From contig NZ_JAYKGW010000075.1 of the NCBI RefSeq assembly GCF_035285525.1, positions 1 to 6,761 of the forward strand: a DNA stretch of 6,761 bases, written 5' to 3'. Shown here piece after piece: positions 5,545-6,761 of this stretch. How positions within the stretch are numbered: the first letter of the stretch is position 1; the number at the start of each line of letters is the position of its first letter. A program made the position numbers and the translations under genes. A model generated the notes under the pieces. The model did no database searches. It was not told where the DNA came from and was given only the letters and a program-made list of their open reading frames with translations. Origin of the DNA: Okeania sp. Its GTDB lineage: Bacteria > Cyanobacteriota > Cyanobacteriia > Cyanobacteriales > Microcoleaceae.

Positions 5545-6609
5545 AAGGATAAATTCTAGAACTGCGGTTGGAGGTGCAGTACCAGGAAATATACTAGGGT
5601 CAATATCACTACCTACCCCAAATGCGAGTCGCTCTTGATCATTCTGTTGAGCAGTTTTACCCGCAGAAAGATCGATAATATTGAGATTGCTATCACTAAA
5701 TATCTGACTATTAAGAAGTTCCCCTGCAACAGAAGCGCCATTCATCAGTAACTTTGGGTCCTTAATATGCTCTAATCCAAAAGCATGACCAATTTCATGT
5801 GCCGTAACATTAGCAATAGCTAGTGCTATCTCATCTGCTGTTGCATTAGAAATATTTTTGGGAAATATAGCCCCACTGTCTTTACTAAAAATTGCATCTA
5901 CAAAAACAAGAACAGAATCAGGGTCGTTGATCAAAAATTTACCATTGACCAGCAATTCATCTCGATTAAAAGCATCCGACCATGTTATCCCGAAATCTGG
6001 ACTTGGGTTCTTAGAATCAAAAGGGCTATCTCCAATAAAAGCTCTGATAATTGGTCTATCCTCTGGTACAGTATCAGTTGCACGACCTAAAACTTTGACA
6101 TTAGCTCCTATATCTGTAAAGACTTTTTGAACGCGGTCTACAATTTTATCCTGGATAGTTGATCAAGTAATATCAGAACGTCCTAAAATTTTGAAAGCAT
6201 TTTTTGTATTACCAGACTATTTTGGTTGGATATGATAATAGTCAAATATTTGCTTTACTTCAGTAGGAAGAGGTAAAATCTGTGGATTAAAGTCTAAGAA
6301 AACAACTGCTTGCTGTCGAGCGCGAATTACACCTTCTGTAGTATCTGTTTTCGCCCAAAACGCAATATCTCCCCGATCGCGATTGTTGATGGGAACATAG
6401 ATATTTAGCTCCTGAATACCTCCTTCTCAACCATCAATTGTATCACCTTCTTCTACAACCAGAGTAGGTCTGCTTACTGTAAAAGTATTCCCCGGAGCTG
6501 TGGAATTAAATGAAGCACGGCCAGAACCAAAGAAATTAAGACGGCTAGTATAAATTCCTTTGGAGATAACATCAGTACCATTAATATTAAGTGGCAAATC
6601 CTTTGCCAT
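5545..6609 (-). pseudogene. Pseudogene segment 1: N-terminal region plus M10 catalytic domain (contains 3 in-frame stops)
   Basis: This segment keeps a single reading frame throughout. Stops lie at 6427-6429 (TGA), 6217-6219 (TAG) and 6163-6165 (TGA). The zinc-binding motif is at 5767-5799 and the Met-turn Met at 5743-5745. Track ORFs 6427-6729 and 5542-5955 are pieces of this frame. Confidence 0.75.
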
Positions 6610-6654
6610 ATAAGTAATAGTTACAGCTCGCTGAGGCTTTGTTGCATGAATGTT

Positions 6655-6662
6655 GCGATCGC
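6655..6662. repeat. HIP1 octamer GCGATCGC
   Basis: Exact GCGATCGC in the leader region of the pseudogene. Confidence 0.9.
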
Positions 6663-6700
6663 AACTTCTCTTCTGGGAAGAAGTTAATTGGTGAATTAGA

Positions 6701-6729
6701 ATTCTACTTTGTAACTTTCTGGCTGACAA
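6701..6729 (-). promoter_or_regulatory. Candidate promoter of the (now defunct) metalloprotease gene (TTGTCA-N17-TAGAAT)
   Basis: The minus strand reads TTGTCA (6729-6724), a 17-nt spacer GCCAGAAAGTTACAAAG, then TAGAAT (6706-6701). This would give a leader of ~85 nt to ATG 6609. That favours ATG 6609 over TTG 6729 as the start, because the TTG is itself the first three bases of the -35 hexamer. Motif evidence only. Confidence 0.3.
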
Positions 6730-6761
6730 TTCTGTATCATACGATTAAGTATGGCACATTG

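Larger units (their letters stand above)
4125..6609 (-). pseudogene. Disrupted gene for a metzincin (M10, matrixin/serralysin-like) zinc metalloprotease with C-terminal RTX (hemolysin-type Ca-binding) repeats
   Basis: Minus strand. Frame 0 (the 5' base of each codon falls on a coordinate divisible by 3) reads from ATG 6609: MAKDLPLNINGTDV...VVEEGDTIDG, TGA (6427-6429), EGGIQELNIYVPINNRDRGDIAFWAK...DYYHIQPK, TAG (6217-6219), SGNTKNAFKILGRSDIT, TGA (6163-6165), STIQDKIVDRVQKVF...ANVTAHEIGHAFGLEHIKDPKLLMNG...PPTAVLEFIL, TAA (5542-5544). The coding signal then moves to another frame at 5494-5150 (..GFFPKFINLGSGDLSTLLNQ...GPVQINWLRC, TAG 5147-5149). It returns to frame 0 at 5154 (DVSNPLPGGNTQVGNNRKNKLKGTAQDDLLDGKSGDDIVIGYSGDDTLIGGGGKDTLNGG...LDKSAF, TAA 4357-4359). 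It finishes in the third frame at 4358-4128 (KVLKSLQGNGFSRKREFAVV...GELFYNHNGKKAGLGAGGLFAKLEGASDITATDFRIQV, TAG 4125-4127). HEIGHAFGLEH (5767-5799) is the metzincin HExxHxxGxxH motif, and DPKLLM resembles the matrixin Met-turn. The start is ambiguous: TTG 6729 opens the frame, but ATG 6609 is more plausible. Confidence 0.8.

Noticed and set aside
5268-6130. Plus-strand track ORFs 5268-5531 (87 aa) and 5858-6130 (90 aa)
   Set aside because: Both are antisense to pseudogene segments that carry strong family motifs (the HExxHxxGxxH region and the middle segment). Neither has a recognisable motif or start context.
4125-6729. Could the in-frame stops reflect stop-codon reassignment, selenocysteine or pyrrolysine, or programmed readthrough rather than a pseudogene?
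   Set aside because: All three stop types (TGA, TAG, TAA) interrupt the gene, and frame changes occur as well. The two neighbouring genes (558 and 442 codons) contain no internal stops, and the kinase terminates normally at TAA. I saw no SECIS-like hairpin directly after either TGA. A decayed gene or a sequence error explains everything with fewer assumptions.
1-6761. A DGR template/variable repeat pair, or other long intra-window DNA repeats linked to the repeat-rich exoprotein genes
   Set aside because: The HAF and RTX repeats are similar only at the protein-motif level. I found no pair of ~100-bp near-identical DNA segments and no reverse transcriptase in the window.

Overview
This is an AT-rich window. 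It carries three GCGATCGC (HIP1) octamers, a tandem heptamer repeat and several palindromic intergenic elements, which point to a cyanobacterium, probably a filamentous Nostocales-type one (inference).

Contents, left to right:
1. 1-1675 (-): a 558-codon frame with no stop codon that runs off the left edge. The supplied ORF track omits it, presumably because it has no stop in the window. It encodes a large exoprotein with a conserved N-terminal module, seven HAF-type repeats and a DUF11 domain.
2. 1676-2232: a 557-bp, extremely AT-rich divergent promoter region with a recurring AATTG(A/T)CAA motif.
3. 2233-3561 (+): an intact four-carbon acid sugar kinase family (DUF1537) gene.
4. 3562-4124: a convergent intergenic region holding a 123-bp MITE-like inverted-repeat element, further hairpins that share its terminal motif, a (TGATAAC)x3.4 repeat and an A6/T6 hairpin.
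5. 4125-6609 (-): one long gene for a metzincin (HEIGHAFGLEH plus Met-turn) protease with RTX repeats. It is broken by three in-frame stops and at least three frame changes, so I call it a multi-lesion pseudogene. The short minus-strand ORFs in the track at 4357-4590, 5147-5494, 5542-5955 and 6427-6729 are its fragments.

I see no defensible multi-gene novel system: no defence genes, toxin-antitoxin pair, CRISPR array, transposase or integrase. The most interesting signals are the selectively decayed exoprotease between intact neighbours, the pattern of its lesions, the MITE-like element and the hidden HAF/DUF11 exoprotein.
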